The notes beneath the pieces are model-generated. The model did not search any database, was not told the origin of the DNA, and was given only the letters and a program-made list of their open reading frames with translations. The position numbers were made by a program, and so were the translations under genes. A DNA stretch of 64,000 nt from an uncultured Methylomirabilota bacterium (GTDB lineage Bacteria; Methylomirabilota; Methylomirabilia; Methylomirabilales; 2-02-FULL-66-22): NCBI GenBank assembly GCA_963705305.1, contig OY970067.1, positions 3,488,001-3,552,000 on the forward strand. Direction: 5' to 3'. Below, piece after piece: positions 21,994 to 30,945 of this stretch; positions within the stretch are counted from its first letter, which is position 1; each line of letters begins with the position of its first letter.

Positions 21994-23610
21994 ATGATCA
22001 AGGCGGTGACCGCGGACGAGATGCGGGAGATGGACCGGCGGACCGTGGCTGAGTTCGGTCTGCCCTCGCTCCTCCTGATGGAGAATGCGGGCGCGGAGAC
22101 GGCCCGGGAGATGCTCTCCGCCTTTCCGCGGCTCCGCCGCTCCTCGGTGGTCATCCTGTGCGGGCGGGGGAACAACGGCGGGGATGGCTTCGTGGTGGCG
22201 CGGCGCCTGCTGGCGCAGGGCGCGGCCGTGCGGACGCTCCTGCTGGGCCGGCGCGAAGAAGTGCGGGGCGACGCCCGCATCAACCTGGAGATCCTCGAGA
22301 AGCTAGGGGCGGCCCCGACGGAAATTCCCGCCGCCGACGGCCTCTCCGCCGTCCGGGAGCATCTCGCGGCCGCGGACGTGGTCGTGGACGCCCTGCTGGG
22401 GACGGGCGCCCAGGGACCGGCCCGGGGCTTTCTGGCCGAGGCCATAGCCGCCATCAATGCGGCCGGACGCCCCGTGGTATCGGTGGACATTCCCTCGGGG
22501 TTGGGGGCCGATGATCCCGATCCTCCCGGCCCGGCCGTACGCGCCACCCTCACCGTGACATTCGCGCTCCCCAAGCGGAGCCTGCTCCTGTTTCCGGGGG
22601 CGGCGTATGCGGGGACGCTGAAGATCGCGGACATCGGCATCCCGCGGCGGCTCGCGGCCGACCCGGCGCTCCCGGTGGGACTCCTGGAGGCGGCCGATGT
22701 GGCGCCGGCGTTTCCCCGCCGCGATCCGGCCTCCCACAAGGGTACCTTCGGACACGTCCTGGTGATCGCGGGCTCGGTTGGCAAGACGGGCGCGGCCGCC
22801 CTGGCCGGCCTGGGGGCCCAGCGGGTGGGGGCGGGGCTGGTGACGCTGGCGGTCCCGCAGAGCCTGAACGCCATCCTGGAGGTCAAGCTGACCGAGGTCA
22901 TGACCGTTCCCATCCCGGAGACCGACGCGCAGACCATGAGCCTCCGCGCCTTCGAGCCGTTGCTCCGACTGGCGGAGGCCAAGACCGCGATCGCGATCGG
23001 CCCGGGCCTGGGGACGCACCCGGAGACGCAGGAGCTGGTCCGGAAGCTCCTCGTGGGCCTCCGGCTGCCTCTGGTCGTGGATGCCGATGGTCTGAATGCG
23101 CTGGCGGGTCGCGCCGATATTTTGGCGCAGGCGTCGGGGCCGGTGGTACTAACCCCCCACCCCGGGGAGTTCTCCCGGCTGCTGGGGCTGGACCGGGACG
23201 TGCTGCTGAGGCGGCGTCTTTCGCTTGTTCGCGAGACGGCCCAGCGGCTGCATCTGACCGTGGTCTTGAAGACGGCCCGGACGCTGGTGGCCGGGCCGGA
23301 AGGCGACACCGCCATCGTTCCCACCGGCAATCCGGGAATGGCGACCGGGGGCACGGGAGACGTGCTGACTGGCCTCATGGCCGGGCTCCTGGCCCAGGGG
23401 GTGGCGCCGGTGCAGGCGGCCCGCGCCGCCGCCTATCTGCACGGCCTGGCCGGCGACCTGGCGGCCGAGCGGCTGGGGGCGGAGAGCATGCTCGCGGGAG
23501 ACCTGCTGGAGTCCGTTCCGGAGGCGATCCGGCGGGTGAAGGCTGCGGCGGACGATGGGGGCGGCCCGGCGACCGGGCGACCGGGTCATCCGGGGGGGTC
23601 CGGGGCCTGA
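21994..23610 (+). CDS. nnr: Bifunctional NAD(P)HX epimerase/dehydratase (YjeF/Nnr)
   Basis: LMENAG, GNNGGDG, DIPSG, HKG.FG, DADGLN, LTPHPGE, ATGGTGDVL. Confidence 0.93.
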   Translation: MIKAVTADEMREMDRRTVAEFGLPSLLLMENAGAETAREMLSAFPRLRRSSVVILCGRGNNGGDGFVVARRLLAQGAAVRTLLLGRREEVRGDARINLEILEKLGAAPTEIPAADGLSAVREHLAAADVVVDALLGTGAQGPARGFLAEAIAAINAAGRPVVSVDIPSGLGADDPDPPGPAVRATLTVTFALPKRSLLLFPGAAYAGTLKIADIGIPRRLAADPALPVGLLEAADVAPAFPRRDPASHKGTFGHVLVIAGSVGKTGAAALAGLGAQRVGAGLVTLAVPQSLNAILEVKLTEVMTVPIPETDAQTMSLRAFEPLLRLAEAKTAIAIGPGLGTHPETQELVRKLLVGLRLPLVVDADGLNALAGRADILAQASGPVVLTPHPGEFSRLLGLDRDVLLRRRLSLVRETAQRLHLTVVLKTARTLVAGPEGDTAIVPTGNPGMATGGTGDVLTGLMAGLLAQGVAPVQAARAAAYLHGLAGDLAAERLGAESMLAGDLLESVPEAIRRVKAAADDGGGPATGRPGHPGGSGA

Positions 23611-23654
23611 AGATCGGGAGCCGGGGGCCGTGGCGAACGGCCGGGGGGGTCGCC

Positions 23655-24989
23655 ATGCAGATCGAGAAGAACGCGGACAAGCTGGTCAAGACGCTGCGGG
23701 TCATGATCCAGGACGAGCCGGGCTATCTCGGCAGGCTCTGCACGGCCATCGGCCAGGCGCGCGGGAACATCGGCGAGATACACATGGTGCGCGTCGGGCT
23801 GACCCGCATCGCCCGGGATCTTACGGTCTACGTGGATGACGAGCCCCACCTGCAGCGGGTGCTGGAGGCGATCCGTCCCCTCCAGGGGATCGAGGTGGTC
23901 GAGGTCGTGGATGAGGTCCTCAAGCGCCACGAGGGGGGCAAGATCGCCACCGTCTCGCGGTACCCGCTGGACAGCATCGCGGACGTGCGCAAGGTCTACA
24001 CCCCCGGTGTGGCCACCGTCTGCCGGCTCATCCACGCCGACCCCGACCTGGCGTCCCGCTATACCAGCATCGGCAACACGGTGGCCATCGTGACCAACGG
24101 GACCGCCGTCCTCGGGCTGGGCAACATCGGCCCCGTCGCAGGCATGCCGGTGATGGAAGGCAAGGCGGTGCTCCTGGAGCGGCTGGTGGGGGTGAACGGG
24201 GTTCCCATCCTGCTCACGACCCGGGATGCGACCGAGTTCGTCGAGGCCGTGAGCGGCATCGGGATGACCTTCGGGGCCATCAACCTGGAAGATGTCGCCG
24301 CGCCGGACTGCTTCGAGATCGAGCGGCGGCTTCAGGAGGCGCTGGACATCCCGGTGATGCATGACGACCAGCACGGCACCGGCGTGGTGGTGCTGGCCTC
24401 CCTGCTCCGCGCCTGTGCGCTGAGCGGCCTGACGCTGGCCCAGCAGACGGTCGGCATCATCGGCCTGGGAGCCGCCGGCATGGGCATCTCCAAGCTGCTG
24501 CTCTCCTACGGGGTCACGCGCCTCATCGGGACGGATTTGAAAGCGGAGGCGATGCAGCGACTGGAGGAGAGCGGGGGGCGGCGAGCGAGCCTGGAGGGGG
24601 TGATGGGGGAGGCCACCATCGTGGTGGCCACCACGGGGGCCCCCGGCCTGATTGCGCCCAGCCTGGTCCGGCGGGGGCAGGTGATCCTGGCCCTGTCCAA
24701 TCCCAACGCCGAGATCCAGCCGGAGCGGGCGCTGGCGGCGGGCGCGGCGTTCGCTGCGGACGGGAAGCTGGTGAACAACGCCCTCTCCTTCCCCGGGATC
24801 TTCCGGGGGGCGCTGGACACGCGCGCCCGGCGCATCACGGATGCCATGAAGATCACCGCGGCGGAAACCATTGCGGCGCGGGCGCCGGAGGGAGAGCTGG
24901 TGCCGGAGCTTCTGGACCGCACGATGCACCAGGCAGTGGCCCGGGCGGTCGCCGAGGCGGCAGTGCGATCGGGCGTGGCGCGCGCCTAG
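23655..24989 (+). CDS. NAD(P)-dependent malic enzyme with N-terminal ACT-like domain
   Basis: YTPGVA, NGTAVLGLGNIG, MEGKA, INLED, HDDQHGT, GLGAAG, LSNP, NNAL.FPG. Confidence 0.88.
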   Translation: MQIEKNADKLVKTLRVMIQDEPGYLGRLCTAIGQARGNIGEIHMVRVGLTRIARDLTVYVDDEPHLQRVLEAIRPLQGIEVVEVVDEVLKRHEGGKIATVSRYPLDSIADVRKVYTPGVATVCRLIHADPDLASRYTSIGNTVAIVTNGTAVLGLGNIGPVAGMPVMEGKAVLLERLVGVNGVPILLTTRDATEFVEAVSGIGMTFGAINLEDVAAPDCFEIERRLQEALDIPVMHDDQHGTGVVVLASLLRACALSGLTLAQQTVGIIGLGAAGMGISKLLLSYGVTRLIGTDLKAEAMQRLEESGGRRASLEGVMGEATIVVATTGAPGLIAPSLVRRGQVILALSNPNAEIQPERALAAGAAFAADGKLVNNALSFPGIFRGALDTRARRITDAMKITAAETIAARAPEGELVPELLDRTMHQAVARAVAEAAVRSGVARA

Positions 24990-25225
24990 GAGGCTGCTGA
25001 AAAACCCATTTTCGGTCAGGCTGCTCAAAAAGGCCCAGATGTCCCTCGACTTCGCTCGGGACCGTGAGCCCGCCGAACGGCAAGGCACCTCGCCGGGTAC
25101 CCATCCGCAGGATGGGTGCAGGCGCGAGGCGTACTCAGTATGTACGTCGCAGCGCCGCGGGAGCGCGGGGGCACCCGTCCGAAGGATGGGTCTCCGCAGA
25201 TGGGACTTTTTCAGCAGCCTGCTAG
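24986..25225. mobile_element. MITE-like non-autonomous element with nested hairpins
   Basis: CTAG-G-AGGCTGCTGAAAAA (24986-25004) ... TTTTTCAGCAGCCT-G-CTAG (25207-25225); second internal left end at 25017. Confidence 0.75.
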
Positions 25226-25256
25226 GCGGGCGGGGCCCCGGATTCGAGTACAGAGC

Positions 25257-25787
25257 ATGACGGTGCTGTCGCTTGGGGAGTGCGTGCTGGGCTGGGAGTC
25301 CGCGTCGGCGGAGGCGACCGAGGCGATGGGGGCGGCACTGGGACGCCTGCTATCGCCGGGCGATGTGGTGGCCCTGTTCGGGGAGCTGGGGAGCGGCAAG
25401 ACGGTGTTCGTGCGGGGCCTGGCCCGGGGACTCGGGTGCGATCCGGCGGAGGTCCACAGCCCCACCTTCACGCTGATCCACGAGTACGGCGGGATGCCCC
25501 GGGGGGGGCGGACCGCGCGGCTCGTGCACGTCGATCTGTACCGGATCCGGTCCGAGGACGAGGTGCCGGGGATCGGCTGGGACGCCTACATGAATTCCCG
25601 CGACGTGGTAGCGGTGGAGTGGGCGGAGCGGGCGGGCGGCCTGCTTCCCGGGGATCATCTGCGGGTTTGGCTGGAGGTGGCGGACGCCGATTGCCGCCGG
25701 CTGCGCGGGCAGGCTACGGGCCCGCGGTCCCTCGCGATCCTCTGCGAGTGGGTCGCCGCGGCGGGAGTGGCGGTGCAGGCCGCGTAA
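25257..25787 (+). CDS. tsaE: tRNA t6A biosynthesis ATPase TsaE
   Basis: GELGSGKT, SPTFTLI, HVDLYR, VEWA. Confidence 0.93.
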   Translation: MTVLSLGECVLGWESASAEATEAMGAALGRLLSPGDVVALFGELGSGKTVFVRGLARGLGCDPAEVHSPTFTLIHEYGGMPRGGRTARLVHVDLYRIRSEDEVPGIGWDAYMNSRDVVAVEWAERAGGLLPGDHLRVWLEVADADCRRLRGQATGPRSLAILCEWVAAAGVAVQAA

Positions 25788-25793
25788 GCGAAA

Positions 25794-25926
25794 TTCGAAT
25801 TTCGAACTTCGAATTTCGAAATTGAAGAACTCGAATCTCACGCCAAGCCGCAAAGGTCGCAAAGGAAAGCACGGACAAGGGGGAGTTCAAGGCTGGAATC
25901 TGAACGTTGATTGCGGATCGCTGAAG
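25794..25926. repeat. Composite short-unit array (TTCGAAN heptamers, CGCAAAG-type units, GCTGA-type heptamers)
   Basis: TTCGAAT TTCGAAC TTCGAAT TTCGAAA TTGAAGA (25794-25828), identical to 48340-48374. Confidence 0.85.
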
Positions 25927-25941
25927 GCTGGGAGAATTCCC

Positions 25942-27345
25942 ATGAAAAATATGTGCCATCGTGACTGCCGGTGGCTGATCGCGGTGGCGGTCTTTCTGCT
26001 CGTGACGGCCGGCATCGCCGGACCGCCGGGGGAGGCGGCCCTGTGGCGGGACGCCGGCGGGGAGGGTGCGCGCCAGAACCCCGACCTCGCCCGGCTCAAC
26101 GGCGCGCTGATCAGCCTGGTGCGGGAGCTGCGGCCGGCGGTGGTGCAGATCGGGGTCCGCGGCGTCGAGCCGTCGGAGGAAGACCTGCCGCCGGGGCATC
26201 CGCCGCTGCCGCCCGAGGAGGCGGCCAAGCTCGGATCCGGCGTGGTCCTCACCCCGGACGGCTACATCCTGACCAACCAGCACGTGGTGGCGGACGGCAC
26301 TTCGATCGAGGTCCACTTCATGGGCGGCAAGGAGTTGCCGGGCCGACTGGTCGGCCAGGACGCGCGCGTGGATCTGGCCCTCATCAAGGTCGAGGCCAGC
26401 GGCCTGCCGGTCCTCCCGCTGGGTGACTCGGATGCCACGGAGGTCGGCGAGTTGGTGCTGGCCATCGGCAGTCCCTTCGGCCTGGAAGACTCCGTGAGCC
26501 TGGGCATCGTCAATCGCAAGGGACGGACCCCCGGCGCGCGCGCCTTCGTGGATTACATCCAGACGGACGCATCCGTCAACCCGGGGAATAGCGGCGGCCC
26601 CCTCCTCAACATGCGGGGGGAGGTGATCGGGATCAATACCGCCATCATTCCGAACCGCCGCGTTGCCTTCGCCATCCCGATCAATCTCGCCAAACGGCTC
26701 CTTCCGGATCTCCAGGCCCATGGACGGATCGCCTGGGGCTTTCTGGGCGTCGGGATCCAGGTCCTCACCAGGGACCTGGCGCGGGCCGTGGGTGCCGGAG
26801 ACGCCGGAGGGGTTTTGGTGAACAACGTCCTCGCCGGGCACGCCGCCGCCCAGGCCGGCATCCGCCGCGGCGACATCATTCTTGCGTTTGACGGCACGCG
26901 AACCCCCTCCGTAGTGGACCTGCAGCGGGTGGTGGCCTTCACGCCCGTCGGGAAGCGGGTCGCCGTGCAGCTCCTCCGCGGGGGCAGCCTGGAGACGCTG
27001 ACCGTGACCGTGAGGGAAGCCCCGCTGCCCGAAAGGCAGGCCGCGGTCCGGCCCGCTGCGCGGGACCTGGGCATGACGGTGGAAGATCTGGATGCGGAAA
27101 AGGCCAGGAAGCTCAAGCTGCCCGAGGGGACGACCGGACCGGTGGTGACCGAGGTGACCAAAGACGGGCCTGCCGCCGCCGGCGGCATCCGCATCGGGGA
27201 TCTCGTCCGCGAGGTGAATCGCCGCGAGGTGGGCTCGGTGGAAGGATTTCGAAGCGGGCTGCGCGCGCAAGGGGACGAGCCCGATCTCCTGCTGCTCCAG
27301 CGGGGAGAACAGTTCTTCTATGTGGCCGTAAAACCCAAACCGTGA
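25942..27345 (+). CDS. HtrA/DegP-family serine protease with two PDZ domains
   Basis: Signal peptide; TNQHVV, DLA, GNSGGP catalytic triad; two PDZ-like segments. Confidence 0.92.
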   Translation: MKNMCHRDCRWLIAVAVFLLVTAGIAGPPGEAALWRDAGGEGARQNPDLARLNGALISLVRELRPAVVQIGVRGVEPSEEDLPPGHPPLPPEEAAKLGSGVVLTPDGYILTNQHVVADGTSIEVHFMGGKELPGRLVGQDARVDLALIKVEASGLPVLPLGDSDATEVGELVLAIGSPFGLEDSVSLGIVNRKGRTPGARAFVDYIQTDASVNPGNSGGPLLNMRGEVIGINTAIIPNRRVAFAIPINLAKRLLPDLQAHGRIAWGFLGVGIQVLTRDLARAVGAGDAGGVLVNNVLAGHAAAQAGIRRGDIILAFDGTRTPSVVDLQRVVAFTPVGKRVAVQLLRGGSLETLTVTVREAPLPERQAAVRPAARDLGMTVEDLDAEKARKLKLPEGTTGPVVTEVTKDGPAAAGGIRIGDLVREVNRREVGSVEGFRSGLRAQGDEPDLLLLQRGEQFFYVAVKPKP

Positions 27346-27422
27346 CTCGGCGGCCGCGCGATCGGCGATTCGGTCGCATGGGTCGGCACGGCCGGCGGCA
27401 GGCCGTGGGTACGAGGTGAGCC

Positions 27423-28247
27423 ATGAGCATCGTGACGATCTCGCGCGAGATGGGCAGCGGCGGCTACGAGATCGCCGCGGCGACGGCGAAGGCCCTGGGG
27501 TTCGCGTACGCCAGCCGGGAGATCCTGTTGGAGGCCGCCCGGGCCTACGAGGTGCCGGAGGAGAAGATCATCGACGTGGCGGACCGGCGATTGTCCCTGT
27601 GGGAGCGTTTCGACGAAGAGAAGCGCCGCTATCTCACCTTCATCGAGGCGGCCTACTACAACTTCGTGCAGCGGGGAAACGTCGTGACCGCCGGACGCGG
27701 GGGCCCGTTCTTCCTCCGCGGGGTGAGCCATGTGCTCAAGGTGCGGATCATGGCCCCCGTCGACGTGCGGGTGCGGCGGGTCATGCAGCGGGAGAAGCTG
27801 GACCAGCGGGCGGCCGCCCAGCGGGTGCGCGATTACGATCGGGAGATGGCCGGCCGCCTCGACTATCTGTTCGGGGTGGATTGGACCCACCCCCAACACT
27901 ACGACCTCGTTCTGAACACCGAGGCGGACACCTGGCAGTTCTATGTGGATCTGCTGGTGGCGGCCGTCCACCATCCGCAATTCCAGCCGACGCCGGAGTC
28001 GATCCAGCAGATTCAGAATCTCAGCCTGGCGGCGCAGGTCCGGGCCGCCATCGCCAAAGATCCGGTGACGAAGAACATCAACGTCGAGGTCGTGGCGCAA
28101 TCGGGCCAGGTGGCGCTGAAGGGGGTGGTCTTCAGCCCCGCCATGATGGATGCGGCGGCGGACGTGGCCCGGAAGGTTTCCGGCGTCATCGGCGTGTCCT
28201 GCGAAGCGGTCGAGATACCCCGGGTCTATCCCGGTCCCATCATGTAG
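27423..28247 (+). CDS. Cytidylate-kinase-like family protein with C-terminal BON-like domain
   Basis: VTISREMGSGG, GRGG, YDLVLNT; C-terminal V..G.V.L.G...V.GV..V. Confidence 0.75.
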   Translation: MSIVTISREMGSGGYEIAAATAKALGFAYASREILLEAARAYEVPEEKIIDVADRRLSLWERFDEEKRRYLTFIEAAYYNFVQRGNVVTAGRGGPFFLRGVSHVLKVRIMAPVDVRVRRVMQREKLDQRAAAQRVRDYDREMAGRLDYLFGVDWTHPQHYDLVLNTEADTWQFYVDLLVAAVHHPQFQPTPESIQQIQNLSLAAQVRAAIAKDPVTKNINVEVVAQSGQVALKGVVFSPAMMDAAADVARKVSGVIGVSCEAVEIPRVYPGPIM

Positions 28248-28332
28248 CGGGACGTCCCGCTCGACCGCGTGACGGTCCGGACGCATCGGCCGGCCCACAC
28301 ACTGCCGTAGGGCCTGATTCAGGGGGCGTTGC

Positions 28333-29514
28333 CTGACCAGCACCCGGTTTCTTGCCGCCTATTACTTCTGGTATTTCGCCGCCGTCGGCGTCTTCGAACC
28401 CTATCTGGCCCCGCTGTGGCAGCAGTTCGGCTTCACGCCGGCCGCCATCGGCCTTCTCGGCGCCATCATGCCGGGGGTCGCGGCCATCGCCCCCTTTTTA
28501 TGGACCGCCTATGCCGATGCCACTCGCCGCGGTGATCGAATCCTCCTCGTCAATACCTGGCTGGCGGCCCTGGCGGCGCTCTTCCTGCCGAACCTGGGCC
28601 GGCTGCTGCCCCTGTCGCTGGCCATCCTGGCGTTTGCGGCCTTTCGCTCGCCGCTCATCCCTCTCGCCAACAGCATGGCCTTCCGGGCGCTGGGAGGCCG
28701 TCCGGAAGGATTTGCCGCCATCCGGCTGTGGGGCACCATCGGTTACATTCTGAGCGCGGTCGCGGCGGGCGTCGCGATGGATCGCGCCGGCCTGCGGCCG
28801 GGGACTCACGGCGGGGCGCTGGCTATGGCCGCGTGCGGTCTCATCGGGTGGATGGGGCGCCGGCGGGACCGGGTGACCCTGGCGGCCGCGACGCTGTCGG
28901 ACATTCGTGAGGTCCTCCGCGACCGGCGCTTCCAGCTGCTGCTGGCCGCCACCGCCCTGGCGCGGGTGAGCTTCGGCCCGTACCAGACCTTTTTCACAAT
29001 TCACCTGGAGGCGCTGGGGCTGTCGCGAGCATTCGCGGGAACGGCCTGGGCTCTGGCGGCCGGCAGCGAGCTGGGTGTGATGCTGATCTGGCGGCGCCTG
29101 GCCGGCATGGCGGCGGTGCGGACCTGGCTGGTGGCGGCCCTGGCGGCGCACGCGCTGCGCTGGAGCCTCTCTATGGGGGCCGAGCGGCCCGCGGCGCTCT
29201 TGCTGATCCAGCTGACGCATGCGCTGACCTTCGGCGTCTTCTACCTGGCATCGGTCCAGAGCGTGGACGCGCTGGTCCCGGACGGGCTGCGCGCCACGGC
29301 CCAGGGGCTCTTCGCCTCGCTGGCCTTCGGGGTGGGAAGCCTGCTGGGCAGCATCCTGGCGGGGCTCGGCTTTCCCAGGCTGGGCATGCGGGGGCTGTAC
29401 GCCGCGGCGGCGGCGGTGGCGGGGCTGGCGACGGCCATCTACTGGGGCGGCACGCGCGACGGGGAATTGGGCCGCCGGACCGTCTCCATCGCCGGCGCAG
29501 GCCGGGGGGCATGA
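28333..29514 (+). CDS. MFS transporter (HcaT/MFS_1-like), probable CTG start
   Basis: Frame open from 28318 encodes TM1 YYFWYFAAVGVFEPYL; IRLWGTIG, LIQLTHALTF; AGGGGG RBS 6 nt before CTG. Confidence 0.78.
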   Translation: MTSTRFLAAYYFWYFAAVGVFEPYLAPLWQQFGFTPAAIGLLGAIMPGVAAIAPFLWTAYADATRRGDRILLVNTWLAALAALFLPNLGRLLPLSLAILAFAAFRSPLIPLANSMAFRALGGRPEGFAAIRLWGTIGYILSAVAAGVAMDRAGLRPGTHGGALAMAACGLIGWMGRRRDRVTLAAATLSDIREVLRDRRFQLLLAATALARVSFGPYQTFFTIHLEALGLSRAFAGTAWALAAGSELGVMLIWRRLAGMAAVRTWLVAALAAHALRWSLSMGAERPAALLLIQLTHALTFGVFYLASVQSVDALVPDGLRATAQGLFASLAFGVGSLLGSILAGLGFPRLGMRGLYAAAAAVAGLATAIYWGGTRDGELGRRTVSIAGAGRGA

Positions 29515-30743
29515 TGGGCGCGCGATGGGCCGTCCTCCTGTTCCTGTTCGGGATCAACCTCCTGAACTACATCGATCGGCAGATCCTCTACGCCGTCTTC
29601 CCCCCCCTTCAGCAGGCGCTGGGGCTCACGGATACCCAACTGGGCCTGCTGGCCTCGGCCTTCATGTGGGTCTATCTGGGCAGCGCGCCGATCTTCGGTT
29701 TCCTGGCGGACCGCCGGTCGCGGCCGCGGCTCATGGGGCTGGGGGTCGGGCTGTGGAGCGTGGCCACCGCGGCCACGGGAATGGTCGGGACGTACGCGCA
29801 CCTGCTCTGGGCGCGCGCCGCCGTCGGGATCGGCGAGGCCAGCTACGGGGCCGTGGCCCCCGCCCTCATCTCGGACCACTTCCCCCTGCGCGAGCGGGGC
29901 AGGGCCATGGCCGTGTTCTCCATGGCCATTCCGGTGGGCAGCGCGCTCGGGTACCTGCTGGGCGGGACGCTGGGGGCGGCGTTCGGGTGGCAATCGGCGT
30001 TTTTCGTGGTGGGCGTCCCCGGCCTGCTCCTGGCCTGGAGGGTGGCGCGCGAGATCGATCCGCCCCGCGGGGCCATGGATGGGGACGGCGCGCCACGGGC
30101 GGCGCCCCCGGCGGGCCGCCGGGCGGTTGGGGAGCTGGTGCGAACGCCCAGCTACCTGCTGAACTGCCTGGCCATGACGGCCATGACCTTCGTCATCGGC
30201 GGCTTGGCGGCCTGGATTCCGACCTACCTCGTACGCGTCCGAGGCATGGAGCTGGCGCAGGCGAATGTCGTCTTCGGCCTCTTGACGCTGATCAGCGGCG
30301 TGGGCGGGACCGCGGCCGGAGGGTGGCTGGGCGACCGGCTGCTGCGCCGCTTCCCGGCGGCCTACTTCCTGGTCTCCGGCGCCGGGCTGCTCTTCAGCGT
30401 CCCGTGCGCCGCGGGGGTGATCCTGCTGGAGAGCCGGACCTGGGCGCTGGCGGCCATCTTCCTGGCGGAGGTCCTGATCTTCCTCAACACCGGCCCCCTG
30501 AACGCCATCATCGCTGCCGTCAGTCGATCGGAGGTCCGGGCCACGGCCTTTGCCCTGAACATCTTCATCATCCACCTGCTGGGGGACGCCGTCTCGCCCG
30601 CGGTGGTGGGCTTGCTCTCCGATCGGGTGGGTCTGGCCGCCGCCCTCTGGATTGCGCCTGTCGGCCTGGCGCTGGCCGCCGCCCTCAGCTTCTGGGGCTG
30701 CCGGTACTACGCGGGGGATGCGGCGCGGGTGCAAGGAGCCTGA
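29511..30743 (+). CDS. MFS transporter (spinster-like)
   Basis: NLLNYIDR, FGFLADRRSR, GIGEASY, HLLGDA.SP. Confidence 0.88.
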   Translation: MMGARWAVLLFLFGINLLNYIDRQILYAVFPPLQQALGLTDTQLGLLASAFMWVYLGSAPIFGFLADRRSRPRLMGLGVGLWSVATAATGMVGTYAHLLWARAAVGIGEASYGAVAPALISDHFPLRERGRAMAVFSMAIPVGSALGYLLGGTLGAAFGWQSAFFVVGVPGLLLAWRVAREIDPPRGAMDGDGAPRAAPPAGRRAVGELVRTPSYLLNCLAMTAMTFVIGGLAAWIPTYLVRVRGMELAQANVVFGLLTLISGVGGTAAGGWLGDRLLRRFPAAYFLVSGAGLLFSVPCAAGVILLESRTWALAAIFLAEVLIFLNTGPLNAIIAAVSRSEVRATAFALNIFIIHLLGDAVSPAVVGLLSDRVGLAAALWIAPVGLALAAALSFWGCRYYAGDAARVQGA

Positions 30744-30745
30744 GG

Positions 30746-30940
30746 GGGCGAGAGGGCGACAGGGCGAGGGGGAGAGGGGCGACAAGGGAACGCAGGGGTG
30801 CAGGGGAGCTGGGGTGAGGGGGAGAACCGGGGAACCGGGGAACCGGGGAACCGGAGATGCGCAGGGGAGCAAGGGCGAAAGAGCGCAGAGCGTTCGAGGC
30901 TGAATGCTGAGCGCTGACTCCTTACTGCTGACCGCTGACT
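30746..30940. repeat. Composite octamer/heptamer array between convergent genes
   Basis: GGGCGAGA GGGCGACA GGGCGAGG; (GAACCGGG)x3+; six in-phase heptamers GCTGAAT GCTGAGC GCTGACT CCTTACT GCTGACC GCTGACT. Confidence 0.8.
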
Positions 30941-30945
30941 GCCTA

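Noticed and set aside
25116..25256. Extended N-terminus of TsaE (and similar extensions for degP at 25822, glmM, nnr, tsaB)
   Set aside because: Extensions run through MITE, repeat or intergenic DNA; downstream starts match family N-termini
30824..30854. Tandem repeats as a possible CRISPR array
   Set aside because: Units are 7-9 nt with no spacers, and no cas genes are in the window
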